A stretch of 64,000 nucleotides of DNA, taken from the NCBI GenBank assembly GCA_044340465.1, contig JBIITO010000001.1:39-64038 (forward strand), read 5' to 3'. How positions within the stretch are numbered: the first letter of the stretch is position 1; each line of letters starts with the position of its first letter. Origin of the DNA: Crocinitomicaceae bacterium. GTDB taxonomy: Bacteria > Bacteroidota > Bacteroidia > Flavobacteriales_D > Crocinitomicaceae. Positions 46,613 to 57,400 of the stretch are shown here, one piece after another. Both the position numbers and the translations under genes were made by a program. The notes beneath the pieces are model-generated. The model saw only the letters and a list, made by a program, of their open reading frames with translations, made no database searches and was not told where the DNA came from.

Positions 46613-47878
46613 ATGTCAGTTCTTGAAATGAAAGTACCAAGTCCGGGTGAATCGATCTCTGAAGTAGAAATCGCCCAGTGGCTTGTGTCAGATGGTGATT
46701 ATGTAACGAAAGATCAGCCGATTGCCGAGGTTGATTCTGATAAAGCAACATTGGAACTCCCAGCTGAAGAGAGTGGGATCGTTACACTGAAAGCTGCTGA
46801 AGGAGATGTGGTAAAAGTTGGTCAAGTGGTTTGTCTGATTGATACAGCTGCTGCTGCACCTATAGGTCAAACGGCTAAAGCTGTAAAAACAGAGGCGCCA
46901 AAACCAGAAGTTGCAACTCCGTCCGCGAAAGAAGAAAAAGTTGCTACACCAAATCCTGATCCGGTGAAAAAGGAATCTTATGCGAATGGAACCCCTTCCG
47001 TTGCCGCTGCGAAAATCCTTGCTGAGAATGGTATTGCTGCTTCAAAAGTAAATGGAACGGGTAAAGATGGTCGCATCACTAAACAAGATGTGGTTGCTGC
47101 CATGTCCGCTGGATTTGACACTAGTGCTGCCGCTACATGGGGAGGAAGTCGTGAACAAACAAGAGAGAAAATGTCCATGCTGCGTCGTAAGATCGCAGAA
47201 AGACTTGTTTCCGTGAAGAACGAAACAGCCATGCTAACCACATTTAATGAGGTAGACATGAAGCCGATCATGGATCTTCGCGCCAAATACAAAGATGCGT
47301 TTGCGAAATATCATGAGGTGAATCTTGGCTTCATGTCTTTCTTTACAAAGGCTGTAACCGAAGCATTGAACCTTTTCCCTGCGGTGAATGCACAAATCGA
47401 TGGGAATGAAATGGTTTTCCATCAATATGCGGACATTGGGATTGCTGTTTCCTCACCAAAAGGACTCATGGTTCCGGTGGTGCGTAATGCTGAGCAAATG
47501 TCACTTGCTGACATAGAGCGTGAAATTAAGCGTCTCGCGATCAAAGCTCGTGATGGAAAGATCACTCCTGATGACATGACTGGCGGAACATTTACCATCA
47601 CGAATGGTGGTGTTTTCGGCTCCATGCTTTCCACACCGATTATCAATCCACCGCAATCCGCCATTCTTGGGATGCATAACATCGTTGAACGACCTGTAGC
47701 AATAAACGGACAAGTTGAGATTCGTCCAATTATGTATGTTGCGCTGTCATATGATCACCGTATCATTGACGGAAAAGAATCCGTTGGATTCCTGGTTAAT
47801 GTCAAAGAAATGCTTGAAAATCCGGAACGTATGTTGTTCGGATCGAAAGACCCACATGCTGTATTATTAGGTTTGTAA
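46613..47878 (+). CDS. sucB: Dihydrolipoyllysine-residue succinyltransferase (OGDH E2)
   Basis: Lipoyl domain with [13 protein letters not shown]; Ala/Pro linker; E3-binding [13 protein letters not shown]; catalytic [10 protein letters not shown]. Confidence 0.95.
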   Translation: MSVLEMKVPSPGESISEVEIAQWLVSDGDYVTKDQPIAEVDSDKATLELPAEESGIVTLKAAEGDVVKVGQVVCLIDTAAAAPIGQTAKAVKTEAPKPEVATPSAKEEKVATPNPDPVKKESYANGTPSVAAAKILAENGIAASKVNGTGKDGRITKQDVVAAMSAGFDTSAAATWGGSREQTREKMSMLRRKIAERLVSVKNETAMLTTFNEVDMKPIMDLRAKYKDAFAKYHEVNLGFMSFFTKAVTEALNLFPAVNAQIDGNEMVFHQYADIGIAVSSPKGLMVPVVRNAEQMSLADIEREIKRLAIKARDGKITPDDMTGGTFTITNGGVFGSMLSTPIINPPQSAILGMHNIVERPVAINGQVEIRPIMYVALSYDHRIIDGKESVGFLVNVKEMLENPERMLFGSKDPHAVLLGL

Positions 47879-47915
47879 AAATATACTCGTTCGACATAGG
47901 CTTAATCAATTGGTA

Positions 47916-48266
47916 TTAATTCCAATTGATTAGGCAACCTCCTTCTAAGGATTCTTCGAAAATTTCCCGCAAGGTTCTCAACTTTGCCTCGGAAACCTTG
48001 TCTCCTTTTTTCGCTTTGATTTTTAATTTGTAATAAGTGTCCAGCGAATGACCAAAAAGATCCTGTTCTAATTTACCTTTGATGACAGAAATCTTTGCAT
48101 TTACCTCGATTAAAAAGTGTTCTATTTCACCTAATTCCTTTAATTCCTTACTAGTGATTTTGGATTTACGCAATAAATGCGCATATCTAGGTAACATTTC
48201 CTCCAAAAGGGAGATAAAATGTTCCAACTCTTTGTTTAATGCATCTTTGTTAGCCTGAAAATCCAT
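47916..48266 (-). CDS. Hypothetical helical protein
   Basis: 116-aa ORF, charged and helical in composition, with no overlap with neighbours. No family recognised. Confidence 0.45.
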   Translation of the reverse strand: MDFQANKDALNKELEHFISLLEEMLPRYAHLLRKSKITSKELKELGEIEHFLIEVNAKISVIKGKLEQDLFGHSLDTYYKLKIKAKKGDKVSEAKLRTLREIFEESLEGGCLINWN

Positions 48267-48379
48267 GTTTGAACAACTTTTCGAAAAGTAAGGAAATATT
48301 TGTCTCTAATGTACAGTTTTCGATCACTGACCGAATTCTATCGATTTTTAGCCCCTTATTAATCGTTAATTTTGTTCAG

Positions 48380-49492
48380 ATGTCTGGAATCTACATACAT
48401 ATTCCCTTTTGCAAACAAAAGTGCAGCTACTGTGATTTTCATTTTTCCACCTCCTTTGAAACATATCGCAAACAAATGATCGATGCGCTATGCAAGGAGA
48501 TCAGAGAACGTGTCGATTCAATAAAGGAAACAGTGGAAACCATCTATTTTGGTGGAGGCACACCCAGTATACTTTCATCAGAGGAATTGGAACAACTATT
48601 ATCAACTATTGCCTCGACTACAGATATTTCTAAACTGCGGGAGGTCACACTAGAGGCAAATCCGGACGATATTCAGGAGAAAAACCTGTCAAACTGGAAA
48701 AAAGCAGGCATCACTCGGTTGTCGATCGGGCTGCAGTCTTTCAAGGAAAGTGATCTTCAATGGATGAACCGAGCACATTCAGTACAAGAGGCCTTCACAT
48801 GTGTTCCACTAGCACAATCACATGGATTTGAAAATATTTCTGTTGACCTGATCTACGGCTTGCCCAATCTCACGATTGAAGAATGGCAAGCTCATACTAA
48901 TCAAGTGATTGCTTTGAATGTGACTCATGTTTCGGCGTATTGTCTGACCGTTGAAGAAAAAACGGTATTACATCATTTGGTAAAACAAGGAAAATTGTCG
49001 CCTGCAGGTGAAGATCAGCAAGCCGAACAATTCGAAATTCTTTCTAAAACACTTGTTGAGGCGGGATATGAGCATTATGAAATTTCTAATTTCGCTAAAC
49101 CGGAAAAACATGCTATACACAATAGCAATTACTGGAGAGGTAAACCGTATATTGGGATCGGTCCTTCGGCACACTCGTTTGATGGATTGGAAAGAAGATG
49201 GAATGTTTCGAATAATTATACTTACATGAAAATGAACGCGTCTGAATGGTTTGAAACAGAAGAATTAACAGATAAAGATCGCTGGAATGAATTATTGCTT
49301 ACCGGCTTAAGGACTTCCTGGGGTATTGATCAAGAAAAATTGTTTAATATCTTAACGCCGGATAAAGGATTCAAATCCAAGATTGATGAATTTGTAAATT
49401 CGGGATGGATGACCATCAAAAATGATCATATAATTTTATTACCAGAAGGCCGACTTAAAGCTGACCACATCGCATCTGAACTCTTTCAATGA
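48380..49492 (+). CDS. hemW: Radical SAM heme chaperone HemW (HemN-like)
   Basis: Start reset to ATG 48380 (MSGIYIHIPFCKQKCSYCDF = CxxxCxxC). ~370 aa with GGGTPS and a HemN_C-like tail. Confidence 0.85.
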   Translation: MSGIYIHIPFCKQKCSYCDFHFSTSFETYRKQMIDALCKEIRERVDSIKETVETIYFGGGTPSILSSEELEQLLSTIASTTDISKLREVTLEANPDDIQEKNLSNWKKAGITRLSIGLQSFKESDLQWMNRAHSVQEAFTCVPLAQSHGFENISVDLIYGLPNLTIEEWQAHTNQVIALNVTHVSAYCLTVEEKTVLHHLVKQGKLSPAGEDQQAEQFEILSKTLVEAGYEHYEISNFAKPEKHAIHNSNYWRGKPYIGIGPSAHSFDGLERRWNVSNNYTYMKMNASEWFETEELTDKDRWNELLLTGLRTSWGIDQEKLFNILTPDKGFKSKIDEFVNSGWMTIKNDHIILLPEGRLKADHIASELFQ

Positions 49493-49854
49493 AATTGTTA
49501 CTGCTAAAATATCTACCCGTCCTTTCGCTAGTGCTAGTGTTGATTACGATCGCTATTCTAAGTTTATTACCTCCTGAGAGCGGTTTAGAACTTAAAAAAG
49601 ATAAGATGGGTCATTTGATCGCATATCTGACACTTTCAGCAAACGCGCAATTCTTCTCTCGAAACAAAGCGGATATGGTTATAATTCTTTTGTTCGTTTG
49701 TGCTTACGGTGGCCTACTGGAAATTCTTCAGGGACTTGTTCCTGGCCGTCAGCCCTCTAATTGGGATATGCTTGCCAATTGCTCCGGAGCTATGTTAGGA
49801 TTGATCTTACATCTCATCATTAGTAAAAAGCTCAAAAAGTTATTTCTACCCTAA
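49489..49854 (+). CDS. VanZ-like family membrane protein
   Basis: 121 aa, 3-4 TM; DKMGHLIAYL and ...LLEILQGLVPGRQPS..D.LAN..GA. ATGA overlap with the hemW stop. Confidence 0.55.
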   Translation: MKLLLLKYLPVLSLVLVLITIAILSLLPPESGLELKKDKMGHLIAYLTLSANAQFFSRNKADMVIILLFVCAYGGLLEILQGLVPGRQPSNWDMLANCSGAMLGLILHLIISKKLKKLFLP

Positions 49855-49928
49855 CCAATGTGTGTAATATCTTACGAAACCTTTTATATCCGTTGATTTC
49901 CTCTTAATTTCGTGGCGACACGAATGCT

Positions 49929-51371
49929 ATGGAAAAACTCAGCAACTTTATCAAAGGCAACTATTGCCCACCGGCCAGCGGTGCATACCTCGATAATTAC
50001 GATCCCTCAACAGGAAAGGTATACTGCCTTATCCCAGATTCAGATGAACAAGATGTGGAATTAGCCGTAATATCAGCTGAAGAGGCTTTTCCCTTGTGGT
50101 CGGAAATGTCGGCAGAAAAAAGAGGTGAAATCCTCTTAAAGTTGTCTGAAGGCATTCGCTCCCGCATGGACGAATTTGTGGCAGCAGAGTCACGCGATAA
50201 TGGAAAACCATTGAGCCTTGCTGCCAGTGTTGATATTCCAAGGGCTATTTCAAACTTTCATTTCTTCGCAACAGCTATTGAACACTTCTCCTCCGAATCA
50301 CATTACATGGAAGGAATGGGTGTAAATTACACTCTTCGAAAGCCAATAGGCATTGTAGGTTGCATTTCTCCGTGGAACCTCCCTTTATACTTGTTTTCTT
50401 GGAAAATTGCGCCCGCACTTGCCGCCGGAAACTGTGTAATCGCCAAACCTTCCGAAATCACACCATATACTGCATATTTACTCGGAAAAGTAGCACAAGA
50501 GGCTGGACTGCCTGCAGGTGTATTAAACATACTTCACGGATTAGGAGGAAAAGTTGGTGACGCCATTATAAAACATCCGAAAATAAAGGCAATTTCCTTC
50601 ACAGGGGGGACCAAAACAGGTGAATATATCGCTAGAACGGCTGCGCCGATGTTTAAAAAGTTGTCGCTGGAATTGGGTGGTAAGAATCCAAACATCATTT
50701 TCGCTGATTGTGATTTTGATGAAATGATTAAAACCACAATTCGTTCATCATTTGCCAATCAAGGTCAAATCTGTCTATGCGGTTCTCGAATTTTCGTTGA
50801 ACGCTCTATTTACGAGAAATTCAAAAATACTTTTGTGGCGAAAATTTCTGGGTTAAACGTTTCTAATCCGGAAGATCCTGAAGCCACTATGGGCGCCGTT
50901 GTTTCCAAACCACATATGGAAAAAGTCCTTTCCTACATTGAGCTGGCAAAAGCAGAAGGCGGCACCATTCTCACTGGAGGCGAACGTGTTGTCCTTGAAG
51001 GTGAATATTCAGAGGGTTATTATATTCGTCCTACAGTTATCGAAGGATTAAGTTATGACTGCAGAACCAATCAGGAAGAAATTTTTGGTCCAGTAGTGAC
51101 TATAACGCCTTTTGATACGGAAGATGAAGTACTCGTGATGTCCAATTCGACCATGTATGGTCTTGCAGCTACCATTTGGACAAGCGATCTGCAACGCGCT
51201 CATCGCATGGCGGACAAAATCCAATCAGGAATCGTTTGGATCAATTCATGGCTAGTTCGAGACTTACGCACCCCATTTGGAGGCGTGAAAGCATCTGGAG
51301 TCGGAAGAGAAGGGGGATGGGAGGCTCTACGTTTCTTTACGGAAGCCAAGAATGTATTCGTCAAATACTGA
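49929..51371 (+). CDS. NAD(P)-dependent aldehyde dehydrogenase (hydroxy/aminomuconic-semialdehyde dehydrogenase-like)
   Basis: ALDH motifs: SPWNLPL, KPSE.TP, catalytic Glu LELGGKNP, catalytic Cys FANQGQICLCGSR, EEIFGPV. Confidence 0.9.
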   Translation: MEKLSNFIKGNYCPPASGAYLDNYDPSTGKVYCLIPDSDEQDVELAVISAEEAFPLWSEMSAEKRGEILLKLSEGIRSRMDEFVAAESRDNGKPLSLAASVDIPRAISNFHFFATAIEHFSSESHYMEGMGVNYTLRKPIGIVGCISPWNLPLYLFSWKIAPALAAGNCVIAKPSEITPYTAYLLGKVAQEAGLPAGVLNILHGLGGKVGDAIIKHPKIKAISFTGGTKTGEYIARTAAPMFKKLSLELGGKNPNIIFADCDFDEMIKTTIRSSFANQGQICLCGSRIFVERSIYEKFKNTFVAKISGLNVSNPEDPEATMGAVVSKPHMEKVLSYIELAKAEGGTILTGGERVVLEGEYSEGYYIRPTVIEGLSYDCRTNQEEIFGPVVTITPFDTEDEVLVMSNSTMYGLAATIWTSDLQRAHRMADKIQSGIVWINSWLVRDLRTPFGGVKASGVGREGGWEALRFFTEAKNVFVKY

Positions 51372-53642
51372 TTATTTTACAATTATTTGTTTAAATACGT
51401 TTCCATTGGTAGTCTCTACTTTAAGGGTGTAAAAACCTGACGAGACCCCTGCCAAATCGATTTCAAGGGTTTCTGACTTTACACCAAACCTAGTGGCACA
51501 CACTTTGCCAGACAAATCCATTAACGTAACCGCCGCTATATTTAGCGAGACCGGGACTTTTATTATTAAATATTTATCCGCTGGATTGGGGTAAACAGTT
51601 ATTTGATTTTCAGCCAAATCATCCAGCCCGTTCAGTGAAATACAAAACGTTTGCTTGTATTGTTTTCCAAAATCGGCTTCTGTCTCAAGTAATTCTGACA
51701 AGATTATTCCATTCCACATAATTTGATAACTCCCATTACCGCCATTTCCAGCTGTGCATCCCGACATTCCATCATTCCATGCATCTTTAATTGTAAACAC
51801 ATAGCACCCTTCGTTTAGACAAAAATCTTGCGTTATTACCCCTGGGGAATTATCCGGATATCCATTTCCCGTAAACAAGGTGAGGCCTGAAAGACTATCT
51901 GACAGAAGCCATGATGTCTCACTACCATAGCAATCAAGATCCAAAATAAGTGTCGCTTTCTCTCCATCTACCACAGCTGTAAAGGGAGATGTGGTTACAT
52001 TATTGAGATTATTTTGGTCTACACCGGAATTCGGAGATGAAATCGTTGCAGAAAAAATATATGAGCCGGCAACGAGATTTACCATCGGTAAAGTAACAAT
52101 AGCTGTTTGCCATTGGTTCAAACTTCCCGTCCAGGAGTAAACTTGATCTTCCACGCCATTAAAACCATAAGAAATTATTGCAGACGTAAGTGTTTGGGAT
52201 CCAGAATTTATGATCGTAACTTGTGGTGCAACTGTTCCATTGCATAAAGTTCCTGTAACTCCTTTCGGCGACGTTAAGCCTGCATCCAATAATGCTGCAG
52301 AAGCGCCTGTGGGGTCATACCCATCGATAAACTTTGCTCCGCTTGAATTGGGATCAAGCCAATACTTCAGCTGATTCGTACTACCACCAAGAGGATCCCA
52401 CGAATAGGAAAATTTTCCAAATTCATCTGATAATTGAGAAGATCCACATGAAGAAGTGCCACCATGTAACTGACCTATTAAGCGGTGATTTTGATCTAGT
52501 AAAGGTGAGCCAGAAGATCCTGATTCAGTAACTCCTGAATCCCAACCAGTAACACCCCAGTGACTATTTGCTGATGAACCACCAAAACTTGTAGAAATTA
52601 ATGGATCGTTTTCGATAGATATTTTCTTGATATCCCCTGCGGGATGATGAATACATGTGCCACTTAAAGGGGGGGTTCCGGAATTATCCCAACCCAAAAA
52701 ATAGGGTGAAAAGGACGCCGGTACGGTGTTGCTCTCAAGCCCACCGGTAATTTCCACCAAACAAAAATCAGAGGCGGATGCTCTTGCCCTCAATACAGCT
52801 CCTGAAAGAGACTGAAAAGTAGGGGCTACGGTAGGATTCGAACAATCTACTGATTGCCAATTAAATCTGAAGACCCATGAAACAGGGTTGCTGTAACAAT
52901 GATCCGCCGTAAGAACATAAGGTTTTCCATCGAATAACACATTATTTACCAATGCGCCCGAACAAAAACCATTGGAGCCAGAGACAATCATTACTACGGC
53001 ATTACGTTCATTTTGCCATAGTTCTCCCTCGGGACAATTGACATTTTTATTGCAATTGCCAGAGCTTCCGAAAGCCTTCTGCTGAAACTCCAAAGCCGTT
53101 CGGTAACCATGAGTTACCGTTGAGATAGTTAGATCCGCTGTTTTATCTTTGTTTGTAGAAGGGATATAATATTCTACAATCGCTGTTGGCCCTGGCACGA
53201 GTTCTGTTCCAAGATTACCTTGGTATAAATGATTTTCTCTGTACGCTCCTAAAACAAATGATTTATCCGGGTTGTATATGTATAACTCATTTCCCTTCGG
53301 GAGTTTAACATTTTCCATAGTAAGGTTCACTGTTAACGCATCCTTGCACGTTATAACAAGAGACCAAATCCTTGATCCATCAGGCAAATCATACCAACTG
53401 CCCGAATTCTCCATGTTTAATGAGGTATAATTGTTATATCCAAAACGCCATGGAGCCGAGCCGGTATTATCATTTATCTCGTCTTCGACCCTAAGTCTTT
53501 CCAGATCAGGGGTTTTAAATTTAACTTCGGCAATTTCAAGCTGCGGTGCAAGTTGGTATCCCCTAGTCCCATTTCCAACCGCCTGTTGCGACCAAAGGAA
53601 ATAACAGGTAGTTGAAAATATTGTTAAAAGGGCGAATTTCAT
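51372..53642 (-). CDS. Secreted S1-family (trypsin / lysyl-endopeptidase-like) serine protease with T9SS type A CTD
   Basis: Start reset to MKFALLTIFSTTCYFLWSQ. Triad contexts LTADHC, SDFCLVE, ESGSSGSPLLD. CTD VYPNPADKYLIIKV...GFYTLKVETTNGNVFKQIIVK. Confidence 0.85.
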   Translation of the reverse strand: MKFALLTIFSTTCYFLWSQQAVGNGTRGYQLAPQLEIAEVKFKTPDLERLRVEDEINDNTGSAPWRFGYNNYTSLNMENSGSWYDLPDGSRIWSLVITCKDALTVNLTMENVKLPKGNELYIYNPDKSFVLGAYRENHLYQGNLGTELVPGPTAIVEYYIPSTNKDKTADLTISTVTHGYRTALEFQQKAFGSSGNCNKNVNCPEGELWQNERNAVVMIVSGSNGFCSGALVNNVLFDGKPYVLTADHCYSNPVSWVFRFNWQSVDCSNPTVAPTFQSLSGAVLRARASASDFCLVEITGGLESNTVPASFSPYFLGWDNSGTPPLSGTCIHHPAGDIKKISIENDPLISTSFGGSSANSHWGVTGWDSGVTESGSSGSPLLDQNHRLIGQLHGGTSSCGSSQLSDEFGKFSYSWDPLGGSTNQLKYWLDPNSSGAKFIDGYDPTGASAALLDAGLTSPKGVTGTLCNGTVAPQVTIINSGSQTLTSAIISYGFNGVEDQVYSWTGSLNQWQTAIVTLPMVNLVAGSYIFSATISSPNSGVDQNNLNNVTTSPFTAVVDGEKATLILDLDCYGSETSWLLSDSLSGLTLFTGNGYPDNSPGVITQDFCLNEGCYVFTIKDAWNDGMSGCTAGNGGNGSYQIMWNGIILSELLETEADFGKQYKQTFCISLNGLDDLAENQITVYPNPADKYLIIKVPVSLNIAAVTLMDLSGKVCATRFGVKSETLEIDLAGVSSGFYTLKVETTNGNVFKQIIVK

Positions 53643-53821
53643 GAATGGCTTTAATCTTAAAACGAATAAATACGGGCAATTGTTGGGTTCGTACAATGTG
53701 AAATTAGGTAATCTAACTTAATAATCTTGTCGAATACCTAATTTTCGATTCTACAGCAAAAGATGCGGAGTGAATTGTTTTAACTTTGGATGAGTATGCC
53801 ATACGGCAAAAAGCATTTCGA

Positions 53822-54439
53822 ATGATCATAGGAATCTGTGGAGGAAGCGGATCAGGGAAAACCACTCTGCTTAAGCGACTGTGTAAAGCGTTGAAAGAAC
53901 ATCAACCTTCTGTCTTCTCCATGGACAATTATTATTTACCAATTGAACAGCAACAGCTAGACACAAAAGGAGAAGTGAATTTCGATCTTCCTACCGCCTT
54001 GGACCGACAGAGTCTTTTTCGTGATCTAAAACAGCTAATTGACGGTCAATCGATAGAAGTGAAAGAGTACCACTTCAATACAGCTTTGGACCGAATCACT
54101 TTACTCACCATTAAACCATCGGATATTATCATCGTTGAAGGACTTTTCCTGTTCTATTACTCGGAAATCAGGGAATTGATCGATTTTTCCATTTTCATGG
54201 AGGTAGATCCGGAAATTCAACTGGATAGAAGGCTTTATCGAGACCAGGATACAAGAGGCTATTCGCGGGAGGCTATTCTGTATCAATGGAATGAACATGT
54301 TTTACCCTGTTACAAAAAATACCTTCAACCATACGAATCATTGGCAGATTTTCGTTTTCATAATGACTCACGCGCAGATCAAGAGTTTGAGCGGTTGCTC
54401 TATGATATTCACATCCGTATAGCTCAAAAGATACATTGA
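53822..54439 (+). CDS. udk: Uridine kinase
   Basis: Start reset from TTG 53786 to ATG 53822 (MIIGICGGSGSGKTTL P-loop). ~205 aa, typical Udk length; IIIVEGLF, RD...RG. Confidence 0.9.
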   Translation: MIIGICGGSGSGKTTLLKRLCKALKEHQPSVFSMDNYYLPIEQQQLDTKGEVNFDLPTALDRQSLFRDLKQLIDGQSIEVKEYHFNTALDRITLLTIKPSDIIIVEGLFLFYYSEIRELIDFSIFMEVDPEIQLDRRLYRDQDTRGYSREAILYQWNEHVLPCYKKYLQPYESLADFRFHNDSRADQEFERLLYDIHIRIAQKIH

Positions 54440-57400
54440 GGTGGTATAGAAATAAATGGATCTTATTAGTTAGTCTTGCCATTGCAGGAACAATTACTTC
54501 TTTCTTCATAAATAACTACGATAATTTTCCGAAAGAGGTGAATCGCTTTCAGAAAGAATTCCTAGAGAAAGAGCGTAATCTGAGTTTGTTTCTCAAGGAA
54601 TGCAGATCACATTCAAATCATATGGCTCGTGGGAAAAGATCGGATTCGTTCTATTATAATTGTTACAAAAACGACTCCTTGATCTTTTGGAATTCCAATG
54701 ATCTTCCCGTGGGGCGTTTTGCGGATCTTCATTATCCCGCCAACGGGATCATACATCTTCAGAATGGATGGTATTACAGTTTGAGCCGGAGGGAGGGAAA
54801 TTATACCCATTCTGTTTCCTTTCTTATCAAGCATGATTATCCATATGAAAATGGAGAACTAGAAAATGCCTTTCATCCAGATTTTCAACTAGATAAATAC
54901 ACCCATATCCTACTGAATGTAGATGAGGGGATAAAGATCTCAGACATGAAGGGGAATTATCTCTTTTCACTGATCGCTACAGGTTCCAGAGAAGAAAGCA
55001 CATCGTTCTCACAGCTTATGCTTATCATTTACACTGCTTTGGCTGCCATATGGTTGTTTCTTCTTTTAAACCTCTTTATAAATTGGCATTCACCATGGCG
55101 CTGGGCTATTCCCTTTTTTATTGTGGGGTGTAAAGTCATTATTCTCGAATTCGGTCCGATTCCATTGAAAGTCGGTTCTGGCGCACTCGATCCTGCCATT
55201 TATGGTACCAATAAATGGTTTCCTAATTTTTTCGAATACCTTACGAATATTTTGTCGATATGCACAGTCGTGCTCATTTTTGAATTCACGTTGCGCAAGT
55301 CGAACATGTCTAAATTCGCTGCAGTATTATCGCTTATTTTCTCTGCTCTCATGTGGGTCGTAATACGAGACCTTTGCGAAGGATTAGTGGAAAATTCATC
55401 CATTCCCCTTTCAATAGACCGACTCTTCTCCCTTAACGGATATACCATTCTTGCGGTTTTCAGCATTGGAGCGCTGTTGTATGTCCAATTCAGATTGCTT
55501 TTGGCGGCTATCTCGAGTGGATTAAAGGCACAGCTGACCATTCAAAGCATCTTCCTTTTGTCGTTTGCAGTTTTACTTATTTTAACCGGCTGGATCGGTT
55601 GGGCAGAAAACGAAAGCATAGTACCTGAACTCGGATTCAGCCTTTACCTTTTGACAATTGTTTATAGTGCAACTTATAAAACCCGAAAAACACCTCTGGG
55701 TCTATCTGTTTTGATCTTGGTAGCAGGCACGTGTTGTGCTAACATACTTTTTCTTCTTTTCAACAGGCAAAGAGAACGAACAGTCCAGGAGCTATATGCC
55801 CAGAAATTAGCCACTGAACAAAATATAGTTACGGAACTTGAATATCCAAAGATTGCCTCTAAGATCGTAACGGATCCCGTACTCACGCGGATTAAAAAAG
55901 GAGATGATCTCGGTCTTACTTCATCCGAATTCGAGGATGGACTTGAAAGACGCATTTTCAATGGTTTTTGGGAGCGGTATGAACTCAACTTTTTCCTTTT
56001 CGACAGTACAGGGACTGCTTTAATGTCGGAAGGCGAAGACCTCGAAGAAGATCAATTCCAGAAATTAAATGACATCATTGAGAAACATGGTCAACTTTCA
56101 GCAATTGATAGTCATGTTTATTTCATAAGCGACCATACAGAACAGTATGCTTATATCATACGACAGGAACTCAAATCGAACACAAATGATAAGCGCCTTC
56201 TAATCGCGACACTCCGTTCTAAAAAAATACCTGAAGAAATAGGATTCCCGAGACTCTTGCTTTCAGGGAATGCAGAAGCTCTTCAATACCTTGAAAATTA
56301 TTCGATCGCTAAATACCACAAAGGCCGACTGGTCATCAATTATGGGTTTTATGCCTTCCCTTTTCGATTAAATACTATACAATCCTGGAAAGAGATAGAA
56401 AAAAATCGAAGAATGAAGAACGGATATCTTCATTATATTCTTAGAACCGAAACTGAGGATGTATTTATCCTGTCCATTGAGAATCCTTCTCTATTGACTT
56501 TCATCAGCTCTTTTTCCTATTTGTTTCTGTTTTTTGGCTGTTTCTTCATACACAGATTCTTTCGTTTTAAGCAGCTTCCTTCATTGAAAAGAACCCTGTC
56601 TCTTGCAGTGCGTATTCAAGTGATCGTTATAGGAATCGTTCTGGTCTCTTTGATCGCTTTCGGTTGGGGAAGCGCTTCATTTATGCAGAGACAATACGTA
56701 ACTTTTTCAACAGACATGATCGTTGACAAACTCAGATCCATGAACTTTGAAGTGAGCAAGAAGGTACGATACAGCAACGGATTAACGTTAGAAAAGAACG
56801 GAAATTTTCTTGAGGCTACGCTGGAGAAAATTTCGAGGGTCTATCGTGCCGATGCTAATCTTTATGATATACATGGGTTCATGATCGCTTCCTCCAGGCC
56901 CAAAATCTACAAACTCGGGCTGGTTGGCGATCACATGAACAGAAGTGCTTTGTTCGCTTTACAAAATGAAAATAGAAGTCGTTTCATTCAGCAAGAGCAA
57001 ATAGGTGCTTTGGAATATGCCTCCGCATATATGCCATGTTTCAATAAACGAGGAAAATTGTTGGGCTTTCTCAACTTACAGTATTTTGGTCAGCAACGTG
57101 AACTGGAAGAACAGATCGAGCATTTTCTCGTGGCCATTATAAATATCTTCATGCTTTTACTGGCATTGTCACTCTTATCAGCACTTTTCATTTCGAGTTG
57201 GCTTACTGCACCTTTGCGTTTATTAAAAGAGAATGTTTCACGCTTGCGTCTTGGCGCGCTTAACGAGCCCATTTACTATAGCAAGGATGATGAGATCGGT
57301 GCATTGGTAACAGCTTACAATGCCAAACTGGAAGAGCTAGAATTTACCGCGTCACAACTGGCTAAAAGCGAAAGAGAAAGCGCATGGCGGGAAATGGCCA

